Under the pieces are notes generated by a model. The model was not told the origin of the DNA. It ran no database searches and saw only the letters and a program-made list of their open reading frames with translations. From assembly GCA_040954595.2 (NCBI GenBank), contig CM082594.2, positions 8,501,573-8,565,572 of the forward strand: DNA of 64,000 bases, read 5' to 3'. The DNA comes from Balanoglossus misakiensis (taxonomy: Eukaryota; Animalia; Hemichordata). The position numbers and the translations under genes are program-made. Shown here one piece after another: positions 53,401-64,000 of this stretch. The first letter of the stretch is position 1. Every line of letters starts with the position of its first letter.

Positions 53401-56400
53401 TTTGGCCGATTTTTGAAAAAAATCATGGGTTATAGCTCAGGAAATCATCAAAAAATGACAATTTTTCGACTTTGCGGAAAATCAAAATTTGGTCGATTTT
53501 TGAAAAAAATCATGGGTTATAGCTCAGGAAATCATCAAAAAATGACAATTTTTCGACTTTGCGGAAAATCAAAATTTGGTCGATTTTTGAAAAAAATCAT
53601 GGGTTATAGCTCAGGAAATCATCAAAAAATGACAATTTTTCGACTTTGCGGAAAATCAAAATTTGGCCGATTTTTGAAAAAAATCATGGGTTATAGCTCA
53701 GGAAATCATCAAAAAATGACAATTTTTCGACTTTGCGGAAAATCAAAATTTGGCCGATTTTTGAAAAAAATCATGGGTTATAGCTCAGGAAATCATCAAA
53801 AAATGACAATTTTTCGACTTTGCGGAAAATCAAAAATTTGGCCGATTTTTGAAAAAAATCATGGGTTATAGCTCAGGAAATCATCAAAAAATGACAATTT
53901 TTCGACTTTGCGGAAAATCAAAATTTGGTCGATTTTTGAAAAAAATCATGGGTTATAGCTCAGGAAATCATCAAAAAATGACAATTTTTCGACTTTGCGG
54001 AAAATCAAAATTTGGTCGATTTTTGAAAAAAATCATGGGTTATAGCTCAGGAAATCATCAAAAAATGACAATTTTTCGACTTTGCGGAAAATCAAAATTT
54101 GGCCGATTTTTGAAAAAAATCATGGGTTATAGCTCAGGAAATCATCAAAAAATGACAATTTTTCGACTTTGCGGAAAATCAAAATTTGGTCGATTTTTGA
54201 AAAAAATCATGGGTTATAGCTCAGGAAATCATCAAAAAATGACAATTTTTCGACTTTGCGGAAAATCAAAATTTCGTCGATTTTTGAAAAAAATCATGGG
54301 TTATAGCTCAGGAAATCATCAAAAAATGACAATTTTTCGACTTTGCGGAAAATCAAAATTTGGCCGATTTTTGAAAAAAATCATGGGTTATAGCTCAGGA
54401 AATCATCAAAAAATGACAATTTTTCGACTTTGCGGAAAATCAAAATTTGGTCGATTTTTGAAAAAAATCATGGGTTATAGCTCAGGAAATCATCAAAAAA
54501 TGACAATTTTTCGACTTTGCGGAAAATCAAAATTTCGTCGATTTTTGAAAAAAATCATGGGTTATAGCTCAGGAAATCATCAAAAAATGACAATTTTTCG
54601 ACTTTGCGGAAAATCAAAATTTGGCCGATTTTTGAAAAAAATCATGGGTTATAGCTCAGGAAATCATCAAAAAATGACAATTTTTCGACTTTGCGGAAAA
54701 TCAAAATTTGGCCGATTTTTGAAAAAAATCATGGGTTATAGCTCAGGAAATCATCAAAAAATGACAATTTTTCGACTTTGCGGAAAATCAAAAATTTGGC
54801 CGATTTTTGAAAAAAATCATGGGTTATAGCTCAGGAAATCATCAAAAAATGACAATTTTTCGACTTTGCGGAAAATCAAAATTTGGCCGATTTTTGAAAA
54901 AAATCATGGGTTATAGCTCAGGAAATCATCAAAAAATGACAATTTTTCGACTTTGCGGAAAATCAAAATTTCGTCGATTTTTGAAAAAAATCATGGGTTA
55001 TAGCTCAGGAAATCATCAAAAAATGACAATTTTTCGACTTTGCGGAAAATCAAAATTTGGCCGATTTTTGAAAAAAATCATGGGTTATAGCTCAGGAAAT
55101 CATCAAAAAATGACAATTTTTCGACTTTGCGGAAAATCAAAATTTGGTCGATTTTTGAAAAAAATCATGGGTTATAGCTCAGGAAATCATCAAAAAATGA
55201 CAATTTTTCGACTTTGCGGAAAATCAAAATTTCGTCGATTTTTGAAAAAAATCATGGGTTATAGCTCAGGAAATCATCAAAAAATGACAATTTTTCGACT
55301 TTGCGGAAAATCAAAATTTGGCCGATTTTTGAAAAAAATCATGGGTTATAGCTCAGGAAATCATCAAAAAATGACAATTTTTCGACTTTGCGGAAAATCA
55401 AAATTTGGCCGATTTTTGAAAAAAATCATGGGTTATAGCTCAGGAAATCATCAAAAAATGACAATTTTTCGACTTTGCGGAAAATCAAAAATTTGGCCGA
55501 TTTTTGAAAAAAATCATGGGTTATAGCTCAGGAAATCATCAAAAAATGACAATTTTTCGACTTTGCGGAAAATCAAAATTTGGCCGATTTTTGAAAAAAA
55601 TCATGGGTTATAGCTCAGGAAATCATCAAAAAATGACAATTTTTCGACTTTGCGGAAAATCAAAATTTCGTCGATTTTTGAAAAAAATCATGGGTTATAG
55701 CTCAGGAAATCATCAAAAAATGACAATTTTTCGACTTTGCGGAAAATCAAAATTTCGTCGATTTTTGAAAAAAATCATGGGTTATAGCTCAGGAAATCAT
55801 CAAAAAATGACAATTTTTCGACTTTGCGGAAAATCAAAATTTGGCCGATTTTTGAAAAAAATCATGGGTTATAGCTCAGGAAATCATCAAAAAATGACAA
55901 TTTTTCGACTTTGCGGAAAATCAAAATTTGGCCGATTTTTGAAAAAAATCATGGGTTATAGCTCAGGAAATCATCAAAAAATGACAATTTTTCGACTTTG
56001 CGGAAAATCAAAATTTGGCCGATTTTTGAAAAAAATCATGGGTTATAGCTCAGGAAATCATCAAAAAATGACAATTTTTCGACTTTGCGGAAAATCAAAA
56101 TTTGGCCGATTTTTGAAAAAAATCATGGGTTATAGCTCAGGAAATCATCAAAAAATGACAATTTTTCGACTTTGCGGAAAATCAAAATTTGGCCGATTTT
56201 TGAAAAAAATCATGGGTTATAGCTCAGGAAATCATCAAAAAATGACAATTTTTCGACTTTGCGGAAAATCAAAATTTGGCCGATTTTTGAAAAAAATCAT
56301 GGGTTATAGCTCAGGAAATCATCAAAAAATGACAATTTTTCGACTTTGCGGAAAATCAAAATTTGGCCGATTTTTGAAAAAAATCATGGGTTATAGCTCA

Positions 56401-57365
56401 TGAAAATCGTCCAAAAATGAGAATTTTTCGACTTTGCGGAACATCAAAATTTGGCCGATTTTTGAAAAAATCATGGGTTATAGCTCATGAAAATCGTCCA
56501 AAAATGAGAATTTTTCGACTTTGCGGAATTTCAAAATTTGGCCGATATTTGAAAAAATCATGGGTTATAGCTCATGAAAATCGTCCAAAAATGAGAATTT
56601 TTCGACTTTGCGGAATTTCAAAATTTGGCCGATTTTTGAAAAAATCATGGGTTATAGCTCATGAAAATCGTCCAAAAATGAGAATTTTTCGACTTTGCGG
56701 AATTTCAAAATTTGGCCGATTTTTGAAAAAATCATGGGTTATAGCTCATGAAAATCGTCCAAAAATGAGAATTTTTCGACTTTGCGGAATTTCAAAATTT
56801 GGCCGATTTTTGAAAAAATCATGGGTTATGTCGTCCAAAAAGGAGAATTTTTCGACTTTGCGGAATTTCAAAATTTGGCCGATTTTTGAAAAAATCATGG
56901 GTTATAGCTCATGAAAATCGTCCAAAAAGGAGAATTTTTCGACTTTGCGGAATTTCAAAATTTGGCCGATTTTTGAAAAAATCATGGGTTGCTCATGAAA
57001 ATCGTCCAAAAATGAGAATTTTTCGTCTTTGCGGAATTTCAAAATTTGGCCGATTTTTGAACAAATCATGGGTTATAGCTCATGAAAATCGTCCAAATAT
57101 GAGAATTTTTCGACTTTGCGGAATTTCAAAATTTGGCCGATTTTTGAAAAAATCATGTGTTAGAGCTCATGAAAATCGTCCAAAAATGAGAATTTTTCGA
57201 CTTTGCGGAATTTCAAAATTTGGCCGATTTTTGAAAAAATCATGGGTTATAGCTCATGAAAATCGTCCAAAAATGAGAATTTTTCGACTTTGCGGAATTT
57301 CAAAATTTGGCAGATTTTTGAAAAAATCATGGGTTATAGCTCATGAAAATCATCCAAAAATGATC
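38480..57365. repeat. Satellite array, 87-bp monomer, ~217 copies, subtypes A and B with higher-order structure
   Basis: A: ATCATGGGTTATAGCTCAGGAAATCATCAAAAAATGACAATTTTTCGACTTTGCGGAAAATCAAAATTTGGCCGATTTTTGAAAAAA. B: ATCATGGGTTATAGCTCATGAAAATCGTCCAAAAATGAGAATTTTTCGACTTTGCGGAATTTCAAAATTTGGCCGATTTTTGAAAAA. B blocks at ~40735-41120, ~42040-42425, ~46390-46775 and ~56400-57365. Head-to-tail with no unique spacers. Confidence 0.98.
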
Positions 57366-57777
57366 AATGGAGATGTGTGCATGTGTCCTGGGTAATATCG
57401 TATTAAAAAAAAAAACACAAACGCAAGTACACAAAATTTCGACTACAGAGTTTGAATATTTAATTAAGAAATATGATCTACAGATCTGCTGGAATGGAAA
57501 AGTGAGTCACTGAGTGTTTTGCATTACAATTTACCAGGGCAAAAGCAACCAGATCTAGTTTTGATGCTGCGTGAGTACACTGCTATTGTTTTCCCTGATC
57601 TTTTGGGGAATACGCATTTAACAAAAATACACGCAGCGTATGCTAAATTTTTCAAGCTGTGAACGTTACACATCAGAAATATACGCACTTGCAGCACAAC
57701 AACCACTGTCTTTAATGAGGAGTGTTTCTTGACCGCCGCGCACTTGGCAAAGTGTCACTTTCATCTCGGTGCCCCAA

Positions 57778-59194
57778 TCATCTGCTGCCACTGAAGATTT
57801 CTGCAGTGGATGGCGGTTTAGATGGGCCAATGCCAGTCCATATATACCCTGCATCATGACTTGTTGGGATGACATCATAAGGCGCAGTTTTGGCTTTGTA
57901 GTACTCTGATGGAGCATGGCATACAAACTCCATGTATTCCATCTTCCTTGGTAAATCTTCTTCTGGACCTGCAATATAAAATTGTGGATAAACTCATTAA
58001 AACATAAACTACAAAGACAATCCAGATAAAATTATCTATGGCCACATAAAGCATCGTTCATTGTATAACTGTTTGCATACCCAAGAGTGTTATTTGGGCA
58101 AGTGAAGATGTGTCCCAATATCTTGACTTGTTTTCACATGACACAGCAGTAATTCAAATGAAATAATCTGACAAGATCCTGAAAATGATTGATGAATACT
58201 TAAAGCAAATCATAGCAATACCTAATATGTAAGTAGCTGGATCAAAATGATCTTTGGTCGTGGCTTGTGTGGGCAGCAACCAGGTTATGACAGCACTCTT
58301 ATCACAGTACTGGTCTTGCATAAAACCCCGGATCTGTGCATAGTATATACCACCACCTTCGTCTAGGAAGGATACAATATCACCAACTTGATAGTATAAA
58401 CCCTGAAAACAGAAAAGCAAAACTTGTTTGTTATAATCAGGAAAAAACACAGCTAACAAAATGCCAATTAAATTGCTAATAAGACAAGACATCACAGTAA
58501 AATTTACAAATACTTAAGTTAAACATGATGTATTGAAGATGATTACTAGGAAATCAAACTCTGAATAACATTTAAACAAAGATCTCTTTTTTCTTACCTT
58601 ATAAAATACACTGTTGCCTGTCACGATTGTGGCAACAGCTTCTGGACTTTTCATTGGCTGAAATTAGCAAAGATAGACATGTACATGTACCTGTTAAATG
58701 GGCACTACAATTTTCTAAAATGTGTTGACTCCGGATCTGGTAAACGCTGCCTTCCCAACGTGAACTGCATGAATTAATTTGTTATAAGGTTGGTGGGAAT
58801 GCTTCAAGACAAAATGTCATTTGAGTGAAACCATACAAACACGAACTCGTGAAAGCAAATTACCACTTACATTTCTTTTGAACACGACTCTTCTGTTCTT
58901 CCCCTTTGTTGATGCGTTACTCTTCCCAGAATGTAACATCTGTTTATATCTCATGCTCCTAGATGACCGTGATGACTTCCGAGTACCTTCCCTAGAGCGA
59001 TTTCCTGACTGACTCTCCGAATTGACAGGCTTTGCAGTCAGTTTGGAGCCATTGTTTTCGTTCGTCGGCGGAGCCGGTGGGTGCTGTTTCAGGGAACACG
59101 AATTGCACTGGATTTCTCCGGTGTCGTTCCGCCTCCACATTTGAGAATTTGTCGTCTTGCATGTTACACAGCAGGGTTTCACTCCCAGAGGCAT
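57778..59194 (-). CDS. GATAD1: GATA zinc finger domain-containing protein 1, ~251 aa, 4 exons
   Basis: Exons (minus) 58871-59194 (MPLGVKPCCVTCKTTNSQMWRR..CNSC), 58598-58657 (PMKSPEAVATIVTG), 58222-58402 (YQVGDIVS..YYAQIRGFMQDQYCDKSAVITWLLPT), 57778-57968 (GPEEDLPRKMEYMEFVCHAPSEYY...). Total 756 nt. Confidence 0.95.
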
Positions 59195-60422
59195 TGTGAT
59201 CGTCTTTATCGTCAAACTGCGTCTTATTCAGATGAAAAAAGAAATCAGATACCTTTCCATCTAGACATCCTTCATTTTCGCGGCAGTGACCTCAGTGACC
59301 CCGAATGTTTGTTTGTTATTACTTGGCTCACGAGTGTAGCGCCAGCAGCGTTCAGGGAACCAGATCTTTCTTTTAAGTTTATTGTAAGTTTCTTACATTG
59401 CCACTGTTCAATATTAATGGTCTCACAGGAAACTGCCACTGTTCAATAAATGGACTAAATTACAAATGAACTTTTTCCCAATCAATATATCTTTATTTAA
59501 AAAAAAATGGTTTGACACCTGCTTGAAAGAAAAGTGACAGCAACAAGATGGGTCTTCAATGAACTCAGGAAAATAAAGTTGTCAGTCTTTCCATGAATTC
59601 CTGTTTTCTGAAAATCCTGAAGGATCAGTTACAAAATTATGTGCAAGGATCACAATATGATGAATGCTGGTATCTAGGGATATGTCAAGCAGATGAATAA
59701 AATTAAAGTCTAAACCCTAACAAATTGGCTCCACACCCTGTCATTTGTTGTCTCAGTAAAAGCTAAAAAAAAAAAGAGTATAAACTACAGAATTGTTTGT
59801 CAAAATTTCAATTTTACAAGTATGTACAGTATTTACAAAGTTAGTCGCACTGGACTACACTCGGCAAAACTGCACTCAGCAAGTACCAGTGACATAATAT
59901 ATCTTTTGCGCAATGATACATACATTGTACAGGTACTGAGATGGCTGACTTCTTGTCAGAATACTTCAAAATCAAAAGGTCCGTTCTTTAAAAAAAAATC
60001 TGTTTTCTCTGCTGAAAAAGTACAGTTGCAACCAAGTCGCACTAAAAATCAAAAATAAACAATACTGCACCTGCTTATTTTTTAAAAAATGCAGGTGTTA
60101 TTTCTGACTGGCAGTTTCTGTAAATCACTCAAAATTTGATCCATGTTTTTTTCGATTAATATACATTTCTCCTGAAATACACCAAAGTTGTAGTGTTCTC
60201 TGAAGATGTCATGTCCTCGTAGAAATTCCATGAGATGACGAACATCCTGGTGACTTCAATGCTTTCGACCATGAACTACCATCTCAACTGAGTCGCAATC
60301 ATTTAACATACAGAAATGAAACAATATTAGTCTGTGTATGAATCATTTCTCGTGGGTTCCCGGCCATTCTTGTCAACATCCTTATGAATGGCAGACTAGG
60401 CGATCCAGTTTGATACACTCAT

Positions 60423-63397
60423 TTACATTGTCTCTTTGTGAATGTTGTTATGTCCTCGGAAGAATCTCTTGCCAAACTCGTAACTGCTAATCATGATGGC
60501 ACAGGCTGGGGCCACTTTGATAATCCTTGGTGTAATACCTGTCAATCAAAACAAACGAGTTTGTGAGTTACATGGGGAAGGTTCACATCACTGAAGAAAA
60601 GGCAGTATAGATACCACAAATGTGTTAGGCTAATAATATCACTTAGCAACAGAATACAGGTCAGTATGCAGTGAACACATCAATATTTCAGAGTTAATTG
60701 TACTGCAGGGTTACAGCCAGACTACAAAATCACCAAACCAAGTTAACCCACCTGCAAATAGTCCCCTGTACCCACTTTCCAGTCGGATCTTCTTCATGAT
60801 AGACAAAGTTGATGATGGTTTCTTCTTTTCTGTTGAATTCAAATATTACCAACATATTACTAAACACTCAATGTCCACAAAAGACACATAAAACCACACA
60901 CCACTGAATTACGAAAGACCAGTACTGGTTGGTTGACAAAAACCCAAAAGTGAGGTAGCATTACTTATCAGCCAATGAACACTTCTGTTACTTACGGTGC
61001 ATACTCTCTATTTCTCCCATTTCAATCTGTCTGCGTGTCTTCACCACATCAAATGGCAATGTTAAAACTGCTGCTATCTGTCAATAAAAAAACACCACCA
61101 CAAAACTTAAATACTGTCTTCTCTTCAGGTGAGAATAGTCTCCTGAAAATGCAGGTCTGAGGTCCTGATAATGTTGTTTTAAACGAGAAACACAAATAAT
61201 CCTACTCACTGTTCCTGAAGCAGCACCTGCTGTGAAACTCATAGAAAAGGTGGGTTCAGTGAGACCAAGTCTTGAACACAGGTAGTTCTTGAAGAGCTCA
61301 TAATTGCACCAATACATGGCTGAAAAAAGAAAAGAAAATGAGATATGTAATATCTAACAAGCTAAGATACAGTATGGCCCTCTACTGTCTATGGGCAAAG
61401 TAAAAATGCTTCACACCAGGATTCAAGTAAGGGTCTGGATCTCTTTTTCGAGATAATCATTCAAATAATTCTTACCTGAAAATGGAACATCTCTGAGAAT
61501 GGTTGGACTCCAGCCTCTCCATAGCGACAGCAAGCCATCCTGTACCAATGAAGTCCGCACACAATTTCTGAGTTCTACATAACTGAGAGATCTGGACTGC
61601 ATTTTGGTCCGTATTAACTCCAAGGGACTAATGATAGTAACAGCACCAACTGTGTAAAGATATAAGAATTTGTTATGATATTACCATTCCTAAATTAATT
61701 CCATACTATAAGTATAACATACTTGCAACGCCATAAAATGGCCTTCAGAAACTTGCAATTGAACACACGCCAGTGTATTATACAAATTGTGTATGTTATA
61801 CATGTATATACACAAGTCAAGAATATAGTATACTTACCCCTGGCAGTAGTTCCAGCCAGCAAAGGGATATACCACACTTGTGAAGGGTGTGGATTATTCA
61901 GCAATTTCCCCAAAAGAAGTTTGAGCTGATCATATGTTGTGAAATAGATCATCGTCGCTGGTACAGCCATCAATCTATGGATAGAACATTCATATTAACC
62001 ACTGGATTAATAGATTGAAGCATTAAAGCATTGAAGGAAATTACTGGCAAATCCACAACCATGCTCTCTGTTGACAGAATGGACCATGAATAGACTTACA
62101 GCGTTGGGGGCAGTCCACTCCATAATGACTTCAAGCCCTCGTGTCTTGCAATTTTCACCAAGGCATCCTGCAAATGATCAAGACAAGTTAGAATATCAGA
62201 CAGTCAGCATGGTACATGAAATCAGTTATTGCTGTGTTTAAATTGGAATAATTCCATCATATTGTCCCATTTAGCTTTTCTGAGCTCGTTTATTAACATG
62301 GCAATCTTGATTCTGTGGCAGATTAAATTACAGATATACTAATGTAAAACTCACAAAAGTGCCGTTGAAGTGACCAGGTAATTTATACCATGGTTTGATG
62401 TTTGTCTTTCCATTGATACATGTACAGAGATGATCCATCAGGCCATTGCAGTACACAAAACACTGACCTACAGAGAAAAGCAAAGAGTAACATTTTAATT
62501 CAAACATGCACAGCATGGGATATCAATTAAGCCACACCATTTAATCAATATTGAAATTTCACGCTTAGTTTTCAGAAACAGCTGAATTTTAAGGTCAGAG
62601 ATGTTACAGTTTTATTTAAAGTTCTTCAGTGTCAAGTTATATACCGGTAGGATAACAGGGTGACAGAGGTCAAAGTCTGGTCATTATTTCTGGCATGATA
62701 TGACATCACCATATTTTCTTTATCACATGCAAGTGCAATATTCAGTCAGTTTGTCTATGAAAGTGTCACACAATATAATGTTCACCAAGGTGGAAGCCTA
62801 GTTTTCTGAAGGCAGTTTGACACTGAACTTAGCAAAAGTGGAAGAAGAGAATTTGGATATGCTTACTACTGATATGTCTTGACACCACAGAACGAACTGT
62901 AACATAAAGTATAACACAAAAATCAAGTCAGATAAAGCATGCCATAAAAATATTGTCAACATGGCTATTGTCCCTTTAGTTACTTGAAGTAACTAAAGGG
63001 ACAATAGCAGTGATTATTTAATATTGTTCACAGGTTTTGTTCTGTCTTTCCATTTTTTTTTTCACTTACTATGAAAAGACACTGAAATACCCATAATGCA
63101 TTAGTCAACACATCCTGTTTGTAAGAATAGCAAGCCTGACGATTGTCCTAATAGTGCATTTTAGCGTGCATGCTAATTTCTATTGTTCATAACTGTAGAT
63201 GTAACATGTATGTACGTGTATATGCTAATATAAGATTCAGATGTTGGAATAATTTTGTGGCTGACAGAAAAGAGTTTGTGCGGCTAGAACAGACCCATTT
63301 CGACGAAAAATGGAAAGTGAGAAAAATATGTACCTACCATTGAAAAGTGGCTTCGTTTGTGCCTGCAGACGAATTTTCACAACATCCATAGGGGTCA
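60423..63397 (-). CDS. SLC25A40: Mitochondrial glutathione carrier SLC25A39/40 ortholog; first coding exon lies beyond the window
   Basis: Exons (minus) 63338-63397 ([13 protein letters not shown]), 62355-62467 ([16 protein letters not shown]), 62100-62167 (SLWSGLPPT), 61838-61974 ([14 protein letters not shown]), 61476-61649 ([17 protein letters not shown]), 61210-61319, 60996-61077 ([12 protein letters not shown]), 60752-60829, 60423-60538 ([21 protein letters not shown]). Three PxD/ExxK/R carrier signatures are present. Probably a co-ortholog of vertebrate SLC25A39 and SLC25A40. Confidence 0.92.
62867..62896 (-). CDS. SLC25A40: Candidate 30-nt cassette exon of SLC25A39/40
   Basis: Minus strand: tctgac...tttatgttacAG|TTCGTTCTGTGGTGTCAAGACATATCAGTA|GTAAGC; phase 1-1, no stop. 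Confidence 0.55.
62964..63008. repeat. Perfect inverted repeat, 22-bp arms with 1-nt spacer
   Basis: GCTATTGTCCCTTTAGTTACTT-G-AAGTAACTAAAGGGACAATAGC; the arms are exact reverse complements. Confidence 0.95.
63070..63081 (-). CDS. SLC25A40: Candidate 12-nt cassette microexon of SLC25A39/40
   Basis: Minus strand: gaCTAATGCattatgggtatttcAG|TGTCTTTTCATA|GTAAGT; consensus branch point, perfect donor, phase 1-1. Confidence 0.55.
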
Positions 63398-64000
63398 CTG
63401 AAATTAACAAAACAATTAGTAACTATAAAAAGTGGGGTTTTTATTAGAAGAATGAAAAAAGCCAACAAATGAATATGCAACGTGAGTTCTTTTGTACGAT
63501 TTGGTTTCAGGCCATAACACGTTTTTTACAAAGTACTAGGAATAAGGTAACTGGCAATATAGAAAAAGAAGCTGACCCCATCCCAACTATTGTTGAGAAC
63601 AAATGTATTTTGTTATTTATCTAAAAACACTTCCTGAATTAATTTAAAGTACTTGATGATGCGCATCATATACCAGACATTCTGGTAAACTCCATTCTAT
63701 TGTAATTGTATTGTTTGGTAAGCTGTGTGACCCCCTCCCCTGCAAAGGTCTTGACTATATGTACTTAAGTTATATTTGGTCACATGTAGCGTGATCACAT
63801 CAAACACAACACATTGCAACACTGGAAATGTTTCACGTGTTTGGCGCCCCCAATACATGTGACACCACAATAAGGCCATTGCCCAGACCCGATCAATGTG
63901 TTAGTTGTTACGCAACAATCAGCTGAAACTAGCTCTCACAATCATGTGAAGGCTTGGTCCCTGGTCCGCCATAAACTATTTGTACAAAACAGGGTTACAC

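Noticed and set aside
38480-57365. CRISPR-like array
   Set aside because: Monomers are contiguous with no unique spacers, there are no cas genes, and the context is eukaryotic.
38533-57395. Long ORFs (up to 734 aa) of repeated MTIFRLCGKSKFGRFLKKIMGYSSGNHQK
   Set aside because: They follow from an 87-bp (3x29) monomer lacking a stop in one frame. The frame is broken by many 1-nt indels and by TGA at A>B junctions, and there are no splice signals or unique N/C-terminal domains.
60068-60097. Hairpin CACCTGC-TTATTTTTTAAAAAAT-GCAGGTG in the SLC25A39/40 3' UTR as an IRE or SECIS
   Set aside because: No CAGUGN loop or C-bulge, and no SECIS UGA/GA quartet; the pairing is largely A/T homopolymer.

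Overview
Intron-rich animal genomic DNA from an invertebrate bilaterian; a hemichordate-like deuterostome is my guess from gene structure, not a determination. Gene order: 3' half of Sowah (ankyrin repeat, +) with very large 5' introns > LZTFL1 (-) <> FYCO1 (+) > tRNA-Gly(TCC) (-) <> IMPACT (+) > ~18.9 kb array of an 87-bp satellite < GATAD1 (-) < SLC25A39/40 (-, 5' end outside the window). All exon chains were assembled by hand from GT-AG sites and checked for phase. Most notable: (i) microexons invisible to the ORF track: 3-, 6- and 24-nt exons in Sowah, two of which supply conserved ankyrin-repeat residues, and tandem 12- and 30-nt cassette exons separated by a perfect hairpin just upstream of the Cys-rich matrix loop of SLC25A39/40; (ii) up to three alternative Sowah C-termini; (iii) large Sowah introns consistent with the known Irx-Sowah regulatory block; (iv) a two-subtype satellite with nested higher-order repeats, length-conserving compensatory indels and a dyad-symmetric core, wedged between two convergent poly(A) signals. 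The long repetitive ORFs at 38.5-57.4 kb are by-products of the satellite.
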